From Elusimicrobiota bacterium (GTDB lineage: Bacteria > Elusimicrobiota > Elusimicrobia > F11): DNA of 36,567 bases. How positions within the stretch are numbered: position 1 is the stretch's first letter; the number at the start of each line of letters is the position of its first letter. The stretch lies in contig PLLH01000069.1 in assembly GCA_003140895.1 (NCBI GenBank), positions 13,189 to 49,755 of the forward strand, written 5' to 3'. A program made the position numbers and the translations under genes. This document shows positions 1-10,028 of this stretch, in pieces. The notes below the pieces were generated by a model, which saw nothing but the letters and a program-made list of their open reading frames with translations, searched no databases and had not been told where the DNA came from.

Positions 1-627
1 AATGTGGACGTGATGTTTGGGCTTCCTCATCAAACGTCGACTGATTTTGAAGAGACGCTGAAGGAACTCATCGCGCTTTCGCCGGAGCATATCTCTGCCT
101 ACGCGCTCAAGGTGGAAGAGGAGACGCCCTTGGGGCGCGCCGGGTTTCGTCCGGATGACGAAATGGAAGCGGACCTTTATCTCTTGGCTTCGGATCTCCT
201 ATCCCGAAACGGTTATCATCACTATGAAATTTCCAATTTTGCCAAGCCTGGAACCGAATGCCTCCATAATGTGGCGTATTGGGACAATGGGCCGACATTG
301 GGGATCGGATTGGGGGCGGCGAGCCACCGGTCTCCGAGACGTTGGAAAAACACCTCCGATTTGGATTCGTATATGTCCGGAGGAAAAGAGGACGGGCCGG
401 TGTTGGAGGAAGACGTCGTTTTGGATGAACAGAAGGAAGCCAATGAAAAGATCATGCTCGGCCTTCGCTTGAGTCGCGGCGTGGCCGCCGATTCGCTTCA
501 TAAAATGAAACTCCCCGTTGTGGAAAATTTTTTGACGGAAGGCCTGGCGGTTGAGACGAAAGGAATGTATCGTTTGACTCCGAAAGGCTGGCTTTTGTCC
601 AATCAATTGTTTCACCATTTGGTTTAA
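1..627 (+). CDS. hemW: Radical SAM heme chaperone HemW (HemN-like), 5' end outside the window
   Basis: The frame is open from base 1. Motifs D-x-M-F-G-L-P-x-Q, PEHISAY, YEISNFAKPG, HN-x-x-YW and GIGLGAAS are present, plus a HemN_C-like tail (MLGLRL...LTPKG). Its position upstream of hrcA is typical. Confidence 0.9.
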   Translation, partial: NVDVMFGLPHQTSTDFEETLKELIALSPEHISAYALKVEEETPLGRAGFRPDDEMEADLYLLASDLLSRNGYHHYEISNFAKPGTECLHNVAYWDNGPTLGIGLGAASHRSPRRWKNTSDLDSYMSGGKEDGPVLEEDVVLDEQKEANEKIMLGLRLSRGVAADSLHKMKLPVVENFLTEGLAVETKGMYRLTPKGWLLSNQLFHHLV

Positions 628-629
628 CT

Positions 630-1223
630 ATGTCTTCTATTTATCGGCAACACACGGGAATCCTTTCTCCGTTGGTGGATCAATTACGGGTGTCCAAAGT
701 GGCCCGGACCATTCCATCCGGGTCGCGCATCCTCGATATCGGATGCGGGTCTGGACTCCTGATCTCGGTTTTGCCGCCGCGTTCGTCCTACACCGGGGTG
801 GATCGGGATACGGCGGTGGTGGAAGCCGATAAACGCCGGTTTCCGTATTTTGATTTTCATTGTTTGGATGCCGTGACGTCTCTCTTCCCATTTCACGACG
901 AACAGTTTGACGTTGTTGTGATGGCCGCTTTTCTTGAACATGTCGATCAACCGAAGGTGATGTTCACGGAGATTAAGCGGGTACTCAAGCCCGGCGGACG
1001 CGTCTTGGTGACGACTCCCTCTCGATGGGGGGGGGCTGTCCACGCGGTGCTTTCCAAATTGGGTTTTTTGAGCGCGGAGGCGGCGGAGGAACACCAGGGG
1101 TATTGGAATAAAAAGAAGATGGACGAGTGTTTGAAGCTGACGGGATTGCATTTAAAATGGTATGAACCATTTCAATTCGGATTGAATCAACTATTCATCC
1201 TTACGAGGGGTCATCATGAGTGA
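630..1223 (+). CDS. Class I SAM-dependent methyltransferase (Methyltransf_11-like)
   Basis: Motif I ILDIGCGSG, followed by GVD, FPFHDEQFDVV, LEHV and RVLKPGG. Starts 2 bp after the hemW stop. Confidence 0.88.
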   Translation: MSSIYRQHTGILSPLVDQLRVSKVARTIPSGSRILDIGCGSGLLISVLPPRSSYTGVDRDTAVVEADKRRFPYFDFHCLDAVTSLFPFHDEQFDVVVMAAFLEHVDQPKVMFTEIKRVLKPGGRVLVTTPSRWGGAVHAVLSKLGFLSAEAAEEHQGYWNKKKMDECLKLTGLHLKWYEPFQFGLNQLFILTRGHHE

Positions 1224-2109
1224 TTTATTGAGCGTCATTTTGCCGGCGTACAACGAGGCCGATTGCATCAGTTCCACGATCGACGATGTTGAAAAGGCTC
1301 TGCGTCAAGCCAACGTGCCCTATGAAATTATTGTCGTGGACGACGGGTCGACGGATGACACGGGCCGGCTCGCGGCGGCCAAAAACGTCAAGGTGATCCG
1401 GCACAAACGGAACTTGGGCGTGGGCGCGGCGCGCAAGCGCGGCATTCTTGAAGCGAAAGGGACGATTGTCGTCACGACCGATGTGGACGGGACCTATCCC
1501 AACGATCAAATCCCCGTTCTCCATGAGACCTTGGTTAAGAACAATAGCGACATGGTTATTGGAGCCCGCGTCGGGAAGAATGTGGCCTTTGAATGGCCGC
1601 ATCGATATATCCCCAAACTGCTCATTCGGTGGCTGGCCTCGTACTTATGCTCCCATAAAATTCCCGATTTAAATTCCGGGCTTCGGGTGATTCGGCGCGA
1701 GGTGGCGTTGAAATATTTTTATCTTCTTCCCGACGGCCACTCCTGGGAAAGCACCATCACGCTGGCCGTCCTCTGCAATCATCATGAGGTGATTTTTCAT
1801 CCGATCGATTATTTTAAACGAAAGGGCGGGAAGTCCACCTTCGCTCCGTTCAAGGACACGTACAACTATATTTCTCTCGTCATCCGGACCATTATGTATT
1901 TCTTCCCGCTTCGGGTGTTTATCCCCGTCAGTTTTATAATTATGCTGGGAGGGGGAATTAAGATCGTTTATGACTGGAATGTCCATGGATGGATCGGCAG
2001 TTTGGATGTCATCATCTTTTTGGGCGGCATTTTGGTGATCCTCGTCGGTCTATTGGCGGATTTGATTGTGGTTGTGGGGCGCCGCCAAGCGTATGCGAAT
2101 CTGAAGTAG
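1216..2109 (+). CDS. GT2 glycosyltransferase, DPM1/GtrB-like polyprenol-phosphate glycosyltransferase with two C-terminal TM helices
   Basis: SVILPAYNE, VVDDGSTD, N-x-G-x-G-x-A, DxD motif (TDVDG) and D-x-x-SGLR, plus two hydrophobic C-terminal segments. Overlaps the upstream gene by 8 bp. Confidence 0.9.
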   Translation: MSDLLSVILPAYNEADCISSTIDDVEKALRQANVPYEIIVVDDGSTDDTGRLAAAKNVKVIRHKRNLGVGAARKRGILEAKGTIVVTTDVDGTYPNDQIPVLHETLVKNNSDMVIGARVGKNVAFEWPHRYIPKLLIRWLASYLCSHKIPDLNSGLRVIRREVALKYFYLLPDGHSWESTITLAVLCNHHEVIFHPIDYFKRKGGKSTFAPFKDTYNYISLVIRTIMYFFPLRVFIPVSFIIMLGGGIKIVYDWNVHGWIGSLDVIIFLGGILVILVGLLADLIVVVGRRQAYANLK

Positions 2110-2131
2110 AAATAAGTGAGGGGACGGCGGC

Positions 2132-4498
2132 ATGAGTCATAAAGACAAGCGTCGGTTGGCGGCGGCTCCGTCGGCTGGTTCCAGCTCCAACGAAACGGTT
2201 TTGTGGGTGGTTTGGGGAGCCGGCTTGTTTTGGGCCGTTGTCGTATGCCTTCAGTTCTACAAACAGTCTCCCTTTCCTCTCCTCGCGATTCTCGACACTC
2301 TCCTCCCGGATCAATTTTCTCTTCTTCCTCGCCTCGCCACGTTGTTGACGTATGCCTGGGGGCTGGCCGCCGCTCTTTTAATGGCGGCTTCAGCGGCTTT
2401 CTTGGGACGGCTTCTTCTGTCTCAATTCATGAAGAAGTCGGGATCTTCTCTTGAGGCGTTTGTTTTGTCGACTGCGCTCGGATACGGCCTTTTGGCTTAT
2501 CTCGTGTTTTTGCTCGGCGTCAGCCGATGTCTCTATCCCATCGCCTTGAAAGGAATGGTGGCCGTTTTGGGCGTGCTGGCGATCGCGTGGTTCTATCAGA
2601 GAGAAGAGCGTGAATTCCTTCGCAGCGCGTTGAGAGAGCTTTTCTCGTCCGTTTTCCCCGGCGGCGCCGGGTCCTTTTTCGGAGTTGTCTTCCTTTTTAT
2701 CCTGGCCACGGATTTCGTCATGGCGTTCACTCCCGAACTTTTTTATGACGCCTTGGTATATCACCTGGGAGCGCCCAATTATTATCTTCATGAACACCGG
2801 TTGGCGCCGCTCGATCTCATGCCGGCCAAATTCCCGTTTACCATTCAAATGATCAACCTTTTGGGGTTGGCTTTGAAGGATGAAATGGTGACGAAGCTCA
2901 CCCATTTTTTCATGTTGGTCCTCGTGTCATCTGGCATGCTGGCGTTGGGGATGCGGTTCAGACGGCGTCTTTTCGGGATCATTTCTGCTGTGGCGTTTTG
3001 TTCCATCCCAACCGTTCAATTGAACGTGTGGACGAGCGGCGTGGACATGGGAGTGTCTCTGTTCGGCTTTCTAGCGGCGTTTTGTTTCTTTGCCTCGGTT
3101 GAAGAGGAAGGAGCTTTTCGCCGGTGGTTTTTCTTGTCCGGTGTTTTCTCCGGACTGGCGATGGCGTCAAAATACACGGCCGCTTATATCCCGACGGTGA
3201 TTGTTCTTTCAACCGTGGTTCTCATTTTTTCGAAGAAAGTGTCCCTTAAAGAGGCCTTGGTTCCTCTCCTCTCGTTCTGCGCCATTGTGTTGGCCGTGAT
3301 GCTTCCCTGGCTCATCAAAAACGGTATCGAAACGGGGAATCCCGTCTATCCGTTTCTTTCTCAGGTGTTCGGGGGGACGGCGCTGGAACCGTGGCGATAC
3401 ACCATTCTGAAAAATGAAAACCGCGGGCTTCCGGTGGATTCGCTGATGAAAGGCGTCCATCTTTTATGGGACTTGACCATGAAAGAACGGTCGTCTCTCT
3501 CGTTCCAGGGGCCGATGTTTCTGGCGTGCCTCCCCTTTTTGATCGTGGGGTTGATCAAAGAAAGGCCTTCATGGCTCCGGCCGCTCCTCATTTTCGGGGG
3601 GTTGGTTTTGGTCGTGGGGCTCTCCATGACCCGGCTCACGCGGTATCTTCTCCCCGGTTTCACCGTTCTGGCTTGTCTTTTGGCGTTTGGGCTGGAATCC
3701 GTGATGCTTGACCCCTCTCGGATTCGCAGAGGGGGCGTCGTCTTGATATTTATTCTGGCCGCTTTTTTTCAGATGTCGTGGGCGTATGTGTTGATTGGAA
3801 GTTCCATGCAGCCCCAGAATGTTCTTCTGGGGCGAGAGAGCCGAGCTGATTATGTGAAGCGGTATCATTCCGGAATGAATCCCAACCCGCCCAATCAGAT
3901 GTACCGCTATCTTGAGGAAAATTTTCCCAAAGAGAAAAAAGTGCTGTTGGTGGGGGAGGAAATGGCGTATCCCATCCATGTTCGACATTCGTATTCCGGC
4001 GTTTACGACCGGGGGCCGCTCATCCGTCTTTGCGAAGAGAGCCAGACGCCGGCTGAGTTGGCCCAGAAACTGGTTGATTCAGGGATCACGCATCTCATGG
4101 TGAATTTAGCGGAATCCCATCGTCTCGGTGGGTATGGGATTTTTGCCTGGTCTCCCCGGGCTTTTGGCGTTTTTTGCGCCTTCTGGGAAAACCATCTGGC
4201 GATAAGCCACATGGAGGTGACGGAGCCGTATCCGCAGCAGCGAAATCCGATTCTCCTCATGGAAATTCATCCGGATGGCGCTGTCCCGCAGGATAAAAAG
4301 ATCCAAAACATTATCGGGCCTGTTTATGAAGAAAGCGAATTTCCTCGCATGAAAATTGAATCAGATCAAGACAAACTTCGATTTTATGAGGCGCGACTCC
4401 AAGAGTGGCCCAATATCTATTTTTTAAATCTACGAGTTCAAGAGCTTCGGTCAAAACTACGCTCTTTGAGGCCTTTCCCCGCAGCTGCCCAAAAGTAG
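2132..4498 (+). CDS. Multi-pass membrane protein, probable GT-C fold glycosyltransferase (ArnT/PMT/GT39-like)
   Basis: Many hydrophobic helices, a loop with FYDALVYH, motifs GLAMASKYT, PWLIKN...GNPVYP and RYLLP, and a soluble C-terminal domain. Lies next to a GT2. Confidence 0.7.
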   Translation: MSHKDKRRLAAAPSAGSSSNETVLWVVWGAGLFWAVVVCLQFYKQSPFPLLAILDTLLPDQFSLLPRLATLLTYAWGLAAALLMAASAAFLGRLLLSQFMKKSGSSLEAFVLSTALGYGLLAYLVFLLGVSRCLYPIALKGMVAVLGVLAIAWFYQREEREFLRSALRELFSSVFPGGAGSFFGVVFLFILATDFVMAFTPELFYDALVYHLGAPNYYLHEHRLAPLDLMPAKFPFTIQMINLLGLALKDEMVTKLTHFFMLVLVSSGMLALGMRFRRRLFGIISAVAFCSIPTVQLNVWTSGVDMGVSLFGFLAAFCFFASVEEEGAFRRWFFLSGVFSGLAMASKYTAAYIPTVIVLSTVVLIFSKKVSLKEALVPLLSFCAIVLAVMLPWLIKNGIETGNPVYPFLSQVFGGTALEPWRYTILKNENRGLPVDSLMKGVHLLWDLTMKERSSLSFQGPMFLACLPFLIVGLIKERPSWLRPLLIFGGLVLVVGLSMTRLTRYLLPGFTVLACLLAFGLESVMLDPSRIRRGGVVLIFILAAFFQMSWAYVLIGSSMQPQNVLLGRESRADYVKRYHSGMNPNPPNQMYRYLEENFPKEKKVLLVGEEMAYPIHVRHSYSGVYDRGPLIRLCEESQTPAELAQKLVDSGITHLMVNLAESHRLGGYGIFAWSPRAFGVFCAFWENHLAISHMEVTEPYPQQRNPILLMEIHPDGAVPQDKKIQNIIGPVYEESEFPRMKIESDQDKLRFYEARLQEWPNIYFLNLRVQELRSKLRSLRPFPAAAQK

Positions 4499-4515
4499 CA
4501 ATCACCCCCACTCGC

Positions 4516-4544
4516 TTGACAAGAATAATGCGGCCTGCTATACT
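4516..4544 (+). promoter_or_regulatory. Sigma70 promoter for the hrcA operon
   Basis: TTGACA (4516-4521), a 17 bp spacer, TATACT (4539-4544) and an extended -10 TG at 4536-4537. Confidence 0.85.
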
Positions 4545-4545
4545 G

Positions 4546-4572
4546 CTAGCACTCAGAATAAATGAGTGCTAA
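4546..4572 (+). promoter_or_regulatory. CIRCE operator (HrcA binding site)
   Basis: CTAGCACTC-N9-GAGTGCTAA, one mismatch from the consensus TTAGCACTC-N9-GAGTGCTAA. Lies just downstream of the -10 and upstream of hrcA. Confidence 0.95.
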
Positions 4573-4594
4573 CTCTAAGTGAAGGGGAAAAGCG

Positions 4595-5683
4595 ATGCGA
4601 GTCCTTCCATCAAATGAACATCAGCAGCGTAAGGAGAAGATCCTTCAGGCCGTTGTTCACATTTTTATAAGGACGGGAAAGCCGGTCGGGTCTTCCACGA
4701 TCGTTGAAAATTACGATTTGAGTTTGTCTCCCGCCAGCATTCGCAATGTGTTGGCTGAACTGGAGAGAGAAGAATTTCTCTCGCATCCGCACACCTCCGC
4801 CGGCCGTGTTCCAACGGATAAAGGATATCGGTTTTACGTGAATGCCATCGTCAATATTCAGCGTTTGGCGGTGGAAGAGGAAACGCGGATTCGAGAAGAA
4901 TACTCCAGCCGGATGCGGGAAATTGAGAATTTGATGCTTTCCACCACGCGCGTGTTGTCCGCGTTATCTCATTGCACCGGATTTGTTATGACGCCTTTGT
5001 TGGAGGCGGAACGGCTGAGGCGAGTGGAACTGATCCCGGTTAACTCAACCCAAGTGCTGGGTGTTTTGGTGTCCGAGTCCGGGATGATTCGCAATCAAAC
5101 CATTATGGTGGATCAAACGCCTGATGAGGAATCGCTTCACGCGGCGTCACGTTTTCTGAATGAACGGTTGTCAGGACTGAGTTTCCCAGAAGCCCAGGCC
5201 CGGTTTATCTCCGAATTGGAACAGTTTCACGCCCAACACGTGATTCGCCGGGAATTCTTGGACACGTTGTCCCATCGGTTGTTCCATATGCCGGTCAAGA
5301 GCGATCTTTATGTCGAAGGGGCGAGCAATATTTTTCAGTTTCCCGAATTTCAGGACTATGAAAGCATGCGAAACTTCTCTCATCTCGTGGACGAGAAAAA
5401 AGCGTTGGGCGAGCTTTTCAACAAAGAACTCAACAAGCGGGGGCTTCAGGTCAAAATCGGTTCGGAGACCTCTCCGGAACTCAAGAATTTTAGCGTCGTG
5501 TCTTCCGGTTACGAGGTGAACGGCCGTCCCGTGGGAGTTTTGGGGATTTTGGGGCCTAAACGGATGGAGTATTCTCGCATGATGTCCATCGTCAACACCG
5601 TGGCGGGCCTTGTGAACCGGATTTTAGAAGGACACGAAGTCGATCTTATGGAGGAACAGGCACCCTATGACACACATCGCTGA
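4595..5683 (+). CDS. hrcA: Heat-inducible transcription repressor HrcA
   Basis: GKPVGS, SPASIRN, PHTSAGRVPTDKGYRFYV and GILGPKRMEY, with a CIRCE upstream. Confidence 0.96.
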   Translation: MRVLPSNEHQQRKEKILQAVVHIFIRTGKPVGSSTIVENYDLSLSPASIRNVLAELEREEFLSHPHTSAGRVPTDKGYRFYVNAIVNIQRLAVEEETRIREEYSSRMREIENLMLSTTRVLSALSHCTGFVMTPLLEAERLRRVELIPVNSTQVLGVLVSESGMIRNQTIMVDQTPDEESLHAASRFLNERLSGLSFPEAQARFISELEQFHAQHVIRREFLDTLSHRLFHMPVKSDLYVEGASNIFQFPEFQDYESMRNFSHLVDEKKALGELFNKELNKRGLQVKIGSETSPELKNFSVVSSGYEVNGRPVGVLGILGPKRMEYSRMMSIVNTVAGLVNRILEGHEVDLMEEQAPYDTHR

Positions 5684-6260
5684 AGAACGCCCGGAGGACG
5701 AACGCCCGGAGGACGAACGTCCTGAGCTGGACCAGAAGTTGTCTGAGCTTGAGATTCTCCGGCAATCTCTCGAAGAGTCTCACGCCAAGGAGAAGGACCT
5801 GTATGATCAACTCCTTCGTCTTGGAGCCGAATTTGAGAACTACCGGAAGCGGAGCGAGACCCGTCTGGCTGAATCGCGGCAATACGGACGGGAAGACGTT
5901 CTCATTCAAGTCGTGACGTTGTTTGACGCGTTGATTCAGGCTGAGAGCGCCTGCGATCAAGCCAAGGACCTTAAATCGGTCAAAAAGGGGCTCACGCTCC
6001 TCAATCAGTTATTTGAAAAATTTATGAAGGCACAAGGGCTGGTTCCCATCAAAGCCAAAGGGGAAAAATTGGATCCGCACGTGCATGAAGTGATTTCGCA
6101 GAAGGCGTTGCCGGATCAAGAAGAAGGAACCATTCTTGAGGAAGTTCAACGAGGATATAAATTATCAGACCGCGTTCTTCGCCCTTCCCGGGTGATTGTT
6201 TCAACGACACCGAAGGAAGCCGCGAAAGAACAGGACACACAGGAGGAGAAACATGTCTAA
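5667..6260 (+). CDS. grpE: Nucleotide exchange factor GrpE
   Basis: [15 protein letters not shown] and GYKL-x-DRVLRP. Lies between hrcA and dnaK, with SD GGAGG upstream. Confidence 0.95.
   Translation: MTHIAEERPEDERPEDERPELDQKLSELEILRQSLEESHAKEKDLYDQLLRLGAEFENYRKRSETRLAESRQYGREDVLIQVVTLFDALIQAESACDQAKDLKSVKKGLTLLNQLFEKFMKAQGLVPIKAKGEKLDPHVHEVISQKALPDQEEGTILEEVQRGYKLSDRVLRPSRVIVSTTPKEAAKEQDTQEEKHV
5685..5726 (+). repeat. In-frame 15 bp tandem repeat (GAACGCCCGGAGGAC x2 plus a degenerate third copy) encoding ERPED
   Basis: Visible directly in the sequence; the protein reads [14 protein letters not shown]. Confidence 0.85.
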
Positions 6261-8136
6261 AATAATCGGAATTGATCTTGGAACATCGAACTCGGCCGCG
6301 GCGGTGATGGAGGGCGGAAAACCCACCATTATTCCATCGGCGGAGGGGACGACGTTGGGAGGGAAAGCGTTCCCGTCCTATGTCGCCTTTACCAAAGGAA
6401 ATGATTCGCAGCTTTTGGTAGGTGAGCCGGCGCGTCGCCAGGCCATCTCCAACCCCGAAGGCACCATCACCACCTTCAAACGGAAGATGGGAACCGACCA
6501 CAAATACAAGGTTGTCGGGAAGGAATTCACGCCGCAGCAATTGTCGGCCTTTATCCTTCAGAAAGTGAAACGGGACGCGGAAGCGTACCTGGGGACGAAA
6601 GTGGAGAAAGCCGTCATCACCGTGCCCGCTTATTTTGATGATAACCAGCGCCAAGCCACCAAAGATGCCGGCACCATCGCCGGCCTTGAAGTGGTCCGCA
6701 TTATCAACGAACCGACGGCGGCCTGCCTTGCTTACGGGATCGACAAGAAAGGCAAGGATGAAAAAATCATGGTGTTCGATTTGGGAGGCGGAACCTTGGA
6801 CGTCACCGTCATGGATTTCGGCGGCGGCGTGTTCCAGGTGATTTCAACGTCCGGCGACACGCAGCTCGGCGGAAGCGATATGGACAAGATTCTGGTTGAT
6901 TTCATCGCCGATGAATTCAAAAAGGAGTCCGGCCTTGATGTTCGAAACGACGCCATGGCCACTCAGCGCCTGAAAGACGCGGCGGAAAAGGCCAAAATCG
7001 AACTTTCCACGACGATGGAGACGGATATCAACCTGCCCTTTATCACGGCGGACGCGTCCGGCCCCAAGCATTTGACGATGAAGCTGACGCGAACCAAGCT
7101 CGAACAATTGATTAAACCGATTGTGGACCGTTGCCGAGGCCCCATCAAGCAGGCGATGGGAGATTCGAAGTTGGATCCCAATCAAATCACGAAGATCATT
7201 CTGGTCGGAGGCCCCACCCGGATGCCGGTTATCCAGAAATTCGTGGAGGACACGGTGGCCCGGAAGGTGGAGCGTGGAATCGACCCGATGGAATGCGTGG
7301 CGATGGGAGCGGCGGTTCAAGCGGCTGTTCTCACTGGTGAAGTGAAGGACGTTCTTCTCTTGGATGTGACGCCCCTCTCTCTCGGAATTGAGACGTTGGG
7401 CGGCGTTTGCACCAAACTCATCGAGCGGAATACGACCATTCCCGTCCGGAAATCCCAGATCTTCTCGACAGCCGCCGACAATCAGCCGGCGGTGACCGTT
7501 CATATTCTTCAGGGAGAACGGCCCCTGTCCAAAGACAATATTTCCCTTGGGAATTTTGATTTGACGGGAATTCCTCCCGCTTCTCGCGGCATTCCTCAGA
7601 TCGAAGTGTCTTTTGACATCGACGCGAACGGAATCTTAAGCGTGAGCGCGAAAGATCTGGCGACCGGAAAATCTCAGAACATCACCGTGAGCGCCTCGAC
7701 AAAAATGAACAAGGCGGACGTGGAAAAAGCCGTTAAGCAGGCCGAGCAATACGCCGACGAAGATAAGAAGACGAAGGAGAAAATCGAAGTCAGGAACGAG
7801 GCCGACAGCGTCGTCTACAACATTGAGAACATGTTGAAGGAGTCCGGCGACAAAATCTCCACAGAGGAAAAGGAAACGATTGAAAAGGCCGCCGCGGCTG
7901 TGAAAGACGCCCTCAAAACCGATGACGTCGAAAAGATTAAGTCCACGAAGGACGATCTCTTGAAGGCCTCGCATAAATTGGCGGAGCACATGTACAAGGC
8001 CGCGGCCGAAAAACAGGCCCAAGAGAAAGCCGCCGCGGGCGGCAACGGCCAGCCGGCCGGTGAGGCGCCCCAAGAGCCGGGCAAAGGCGGCGACAATGTG
8101 GTGGATGCCGAAATTGTGGATGAGGAGAAAAAGTAA
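6253..8136 (+). CDS. dnaK: Molecular chaperone DnaK (Hsp70) with archaeal-type signatures
   Basis: [43 protein letters not shown] and [14 protein letters not shown]. The ATG at 6253 follows SD AGGAGGAG. Confidence 0.97.
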   Translation: MSKIIGIDLGTSNSAAAVMEGGKPTIIPSAEGTTLGGKAFPSYVAFTKGNDSQLLVGEPARRQAISNPEGTITTFKRKMGTDHKYKVVGKEFTPQQLSAFILQKVKRDAEAYLGTKVEKAVITVPAYFDDNQRQATKDAGTIAGLEVVRIINEPTAACLAYGIDKKGKDEKIMVFDLGGGTLDVTVMDFGGGVFQVISTSGDTQLGGSDMDKILVDFIADEFKKESGLDVRNDAMATQRLKDAAEKAKIELSTTMETDINLPFITADASGPKHLTMKLTRTKLEQLIKPIVDRCRGPIKQAMGDSKLDPNQITKIILVGGPTRMPVIQKFVEDTVARKVERGIDPMECVAMGAAVQAAVLTGEVKDVLLLDVTPLSLGIETLGGVCTKLIERNTTIPVRKSQIFSTAADNQPAVTVHILQGERPLSKDNISLGNFDLTGIPPASRGIPQIEVSFDIDANGILSVSAKDLATGKSQNITVSASTKMNKADVEKAVKQAEQYADEDKKTKEKIEVRNEADSVVYNIENMLKESGDKISTEEKETIEKAAAAVKDALKTDDVEKIKSTKDDLLKASHKLAEHMYKAAAEKQAQEKAAAGGNGQPAGEAPQEPGKGGDNVVDAEIVDEEKK

Positions 8137-8145
8137 GAACCCACC

Positions 8146-9264
8146 ATGTCCAAACGAGATTACTACGAGATATTGGGAGTTTCTCGGGGCGCTTCCGTCG
8201 ATGAAATAAAGGGGGCGTACAGGAACCAGGCTATTAAGTTTCACCCCGACAAGAACCAGGGCAATAAAGACGCCGAAGAAAAGTTCAAGGAATTGAACGA
8301 AGCCTATTCTATCCTGAGCGACCCCGATAAACGGCGGACGTACGACCAATTCGGTCACGCCGGCGTGTCGGGGTACGGAGGACCGGGGGCGGCTGGCGCG
8401 CCCGGCGGGTTTGATTTCGGCGGTATTGGCGACGTGTTCGCCGACTTGTTTGGAGACGCGTTCGGCGGCGGCCGAACAAAGCGTGGAACCGGAGGACAAC
8501 CCGGACGGGATATCCGGGTGGATCACGAAATCAATCTTCGGGATGTGATGGCGGGGATCGATGTGTCGTTGGACGTTCCCACGCGCATGGCCTGCGATCA
8601 GTGCAGCGGATCGGGCGGGGCGCCGGGGAGCTCGAAGAAAAAATGCCCCGACTGCCGGGGATCCGGGCAGCTTCGGATCTCTCATGGATTTTTCACGATG
8701 GCGCAAACCTGCGGGCGTTGCCGCGGCGCAGGCGAGATCATCGATCGTCCCTGCTCGACGTGCAGCGGATCGGGGCGCGTCAACCGGAATCGCAAAGTCA
8801 AAGTCCGCATTCCGCCGGGTGTTGAAAGCGGAACCACTCTCCGGATTTCCGACACGGGAGAAGCCGGCGAGCGGGGAGCCGCCCCAGGCGACTTGTACGT
8901 GGTTGTTCACGTGCGTGATGAGCGCGGATTTGACCGGGAGGGGGCCAATCTTTTTACCGATGTCGGCATTTCCGTCCCCTTGGCGGCTCTCGGAGGCGAA
9001 ATTGACATTCCTTCTTTGGATGGCCGGGTTCGGTTGAAAATTCCCGCCGGAACCCAGCCGGGCGTTCATTTTCGCGTGGCCGAACATGGGCTTCCTCACT
9101 TAAAGTCCCGTAATCGCGGGGATCTTTTTGTTCGCGTTCAGGTGGACATTCCAAAGAAACTCTCCAAAGAAGAGAAGAAAATTCTCCTTGATTTGGCGTC
9201 TAAAATGGGGGAAACCCGCATCTCGAAAGACGAAGGCGTTTTCAGGAAAGTCTTCGGAAGCTGA
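8146..9264 (+). CDS. dnaJ: Chaperone DnaJ
   Basis: J domain with HPD, G/F-rich region, four CxxCxGxG repeats and a C-terminal domain. Confidence 0.97.
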   Translation: MSKRDYYEILGVSRGASVDEIKGAYRNQAIKFHPDKNQGNKDAEEKFKELNEAYSILSDPDKRRTYDQFGHAGVSGYGGPGAAGAPGGFDFGGIGDVFADLFGDAFGGGRTKRGTGGQPGRDIRVDHEINLRDVMAGIDVSLDVPTRMACDQCSGSGGAPGSSKKKCPDCRGSGQLRISHGFFTMAQTCGRCRGAGEIIDRPCSTCSGSGRVNRNRKVKVRIPPGVESGTTLRISDTGEAGERGAAPGDLYVVVHVRDERGFDREGANLFTDVGISVPLAALGGEIDIPSLDGRVRLKIPAGTQPGVHFRVAEHGLPHLKSRNRGDLFVRVQVDIPKKLSKEEKKILLDLASKMGETRISKDEGVFRKVFGS

Positions 9265-9278
9265 TCAATTCGGCGCGC

Positions 9279-10019
9279 ATGTCGCAATTTATCATCCCAT
9301 CGTCTGAGCTCCAGAAAGAACAGTTCTGCCTTCGCGGAGCGGAAGCTCATCATCTCATCCACGTTCTTCGCGTCCAACCCAACGACGCCATTGATTTGTT
9401 CGACGGGAGGGGGCGTCAGGCTCGGGGGGTGGTCTTGTCGGTTGAAAAAACAAACAATGTCGTGACCGGTCGTATCTCGGAGACAGGGTCTGCTTCCATC
9501 CGGCCTGCGCAGGTTCACCTTTTTCAGGGGTTGCCTCGAGGATCCAAATTCGATTACGTGATCGAGAAGGCGACGGAGCTTGGCGTCGATGCCATCATTC
9601 CTTTTTTGAGTCAAAAAAACAGCGTTCGACTTTCGCCGGAGCAGGCTCAGGCCAAATTGCCTCGGTGGGAAAATGTGATTCGGGCCTCCGCCAAGCAATG
9701 CGAGCGCGCCACTCTTCCTCTGATCGAAACTCCTCGTTCCTTCGACGATTTGGAAGGGCGGTTAAAAGCCGGGCTGTCTCTGGTCGGCTCGCAGGAAGCG
9801 ACGGGGCCCTCGTTGAAAGACTCGTTAAAACAAAAACCGCCTCAGCTGAAACTCGTCAATATTGTTATTGGGCCGGAGTCCGGTTTTTCCAAGAATGAAA
9901 TGACGCGGATGCGGGAGTGGGGCGTTCAGGCGGTGTCGTTGGGCGGGCGGGTTCTTCGGTCCGAAACGGCCGGCCCCGCGTTTCTCTCCATTCTCAATTA
10001 TGAATGGGAGTTGGATTAG
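9279..10019 (+). CDS. rsmE: 16S rRNA m3U1498 methyltransferase RsmE
   Basis: HHLIHVLR, IEKATELGV, A-x-x-QC-x-R, IGPESGF and LGGRVLRSETA. Confidence 0.93.
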   Translation: MSQFIIPSSELQKEQFCLRGAEAHHLIHVLRVQPNDAIDLFDGRGRQARGVVLSVEKTNNVVTGRISETGSASIRPAQVHLFQGLPRGSKFDYVIEKATELGVDAIIPFLSQKNSVRLSPEQAQAKLPRWENVIRASAKQCERATLPLIETPRSFDDLEGRLKAGLSLVGSQEATGPSLKDSLKQKPPQLKLVNIVIGPESGFSKNEMTRMREWGVQAVSLGGRVLRSETAGPAFLSILNYEWELD

Positions 10020-10028
10020 GAATCTCGA

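Noticed and set aside
6196-6252. Upstream start extensions given for dnaK (also rpsU, ftsI, LOG, amidase and arfB)
   Set aside because: Downstream starts match the family N-termini and, in most cases, have better SD sequences.
6049-9099. Long antisense ORFs opposite dnaK/dnaJ (201, 219 and 487 aa)
   Set aside because: They mirror highly expressed genes with biased codons. Antisense ORFs opposite hsp70 are a known artefact, sometimes mislabelled as NAD-glutamate dehydrogenase. They show no motifs of their own.
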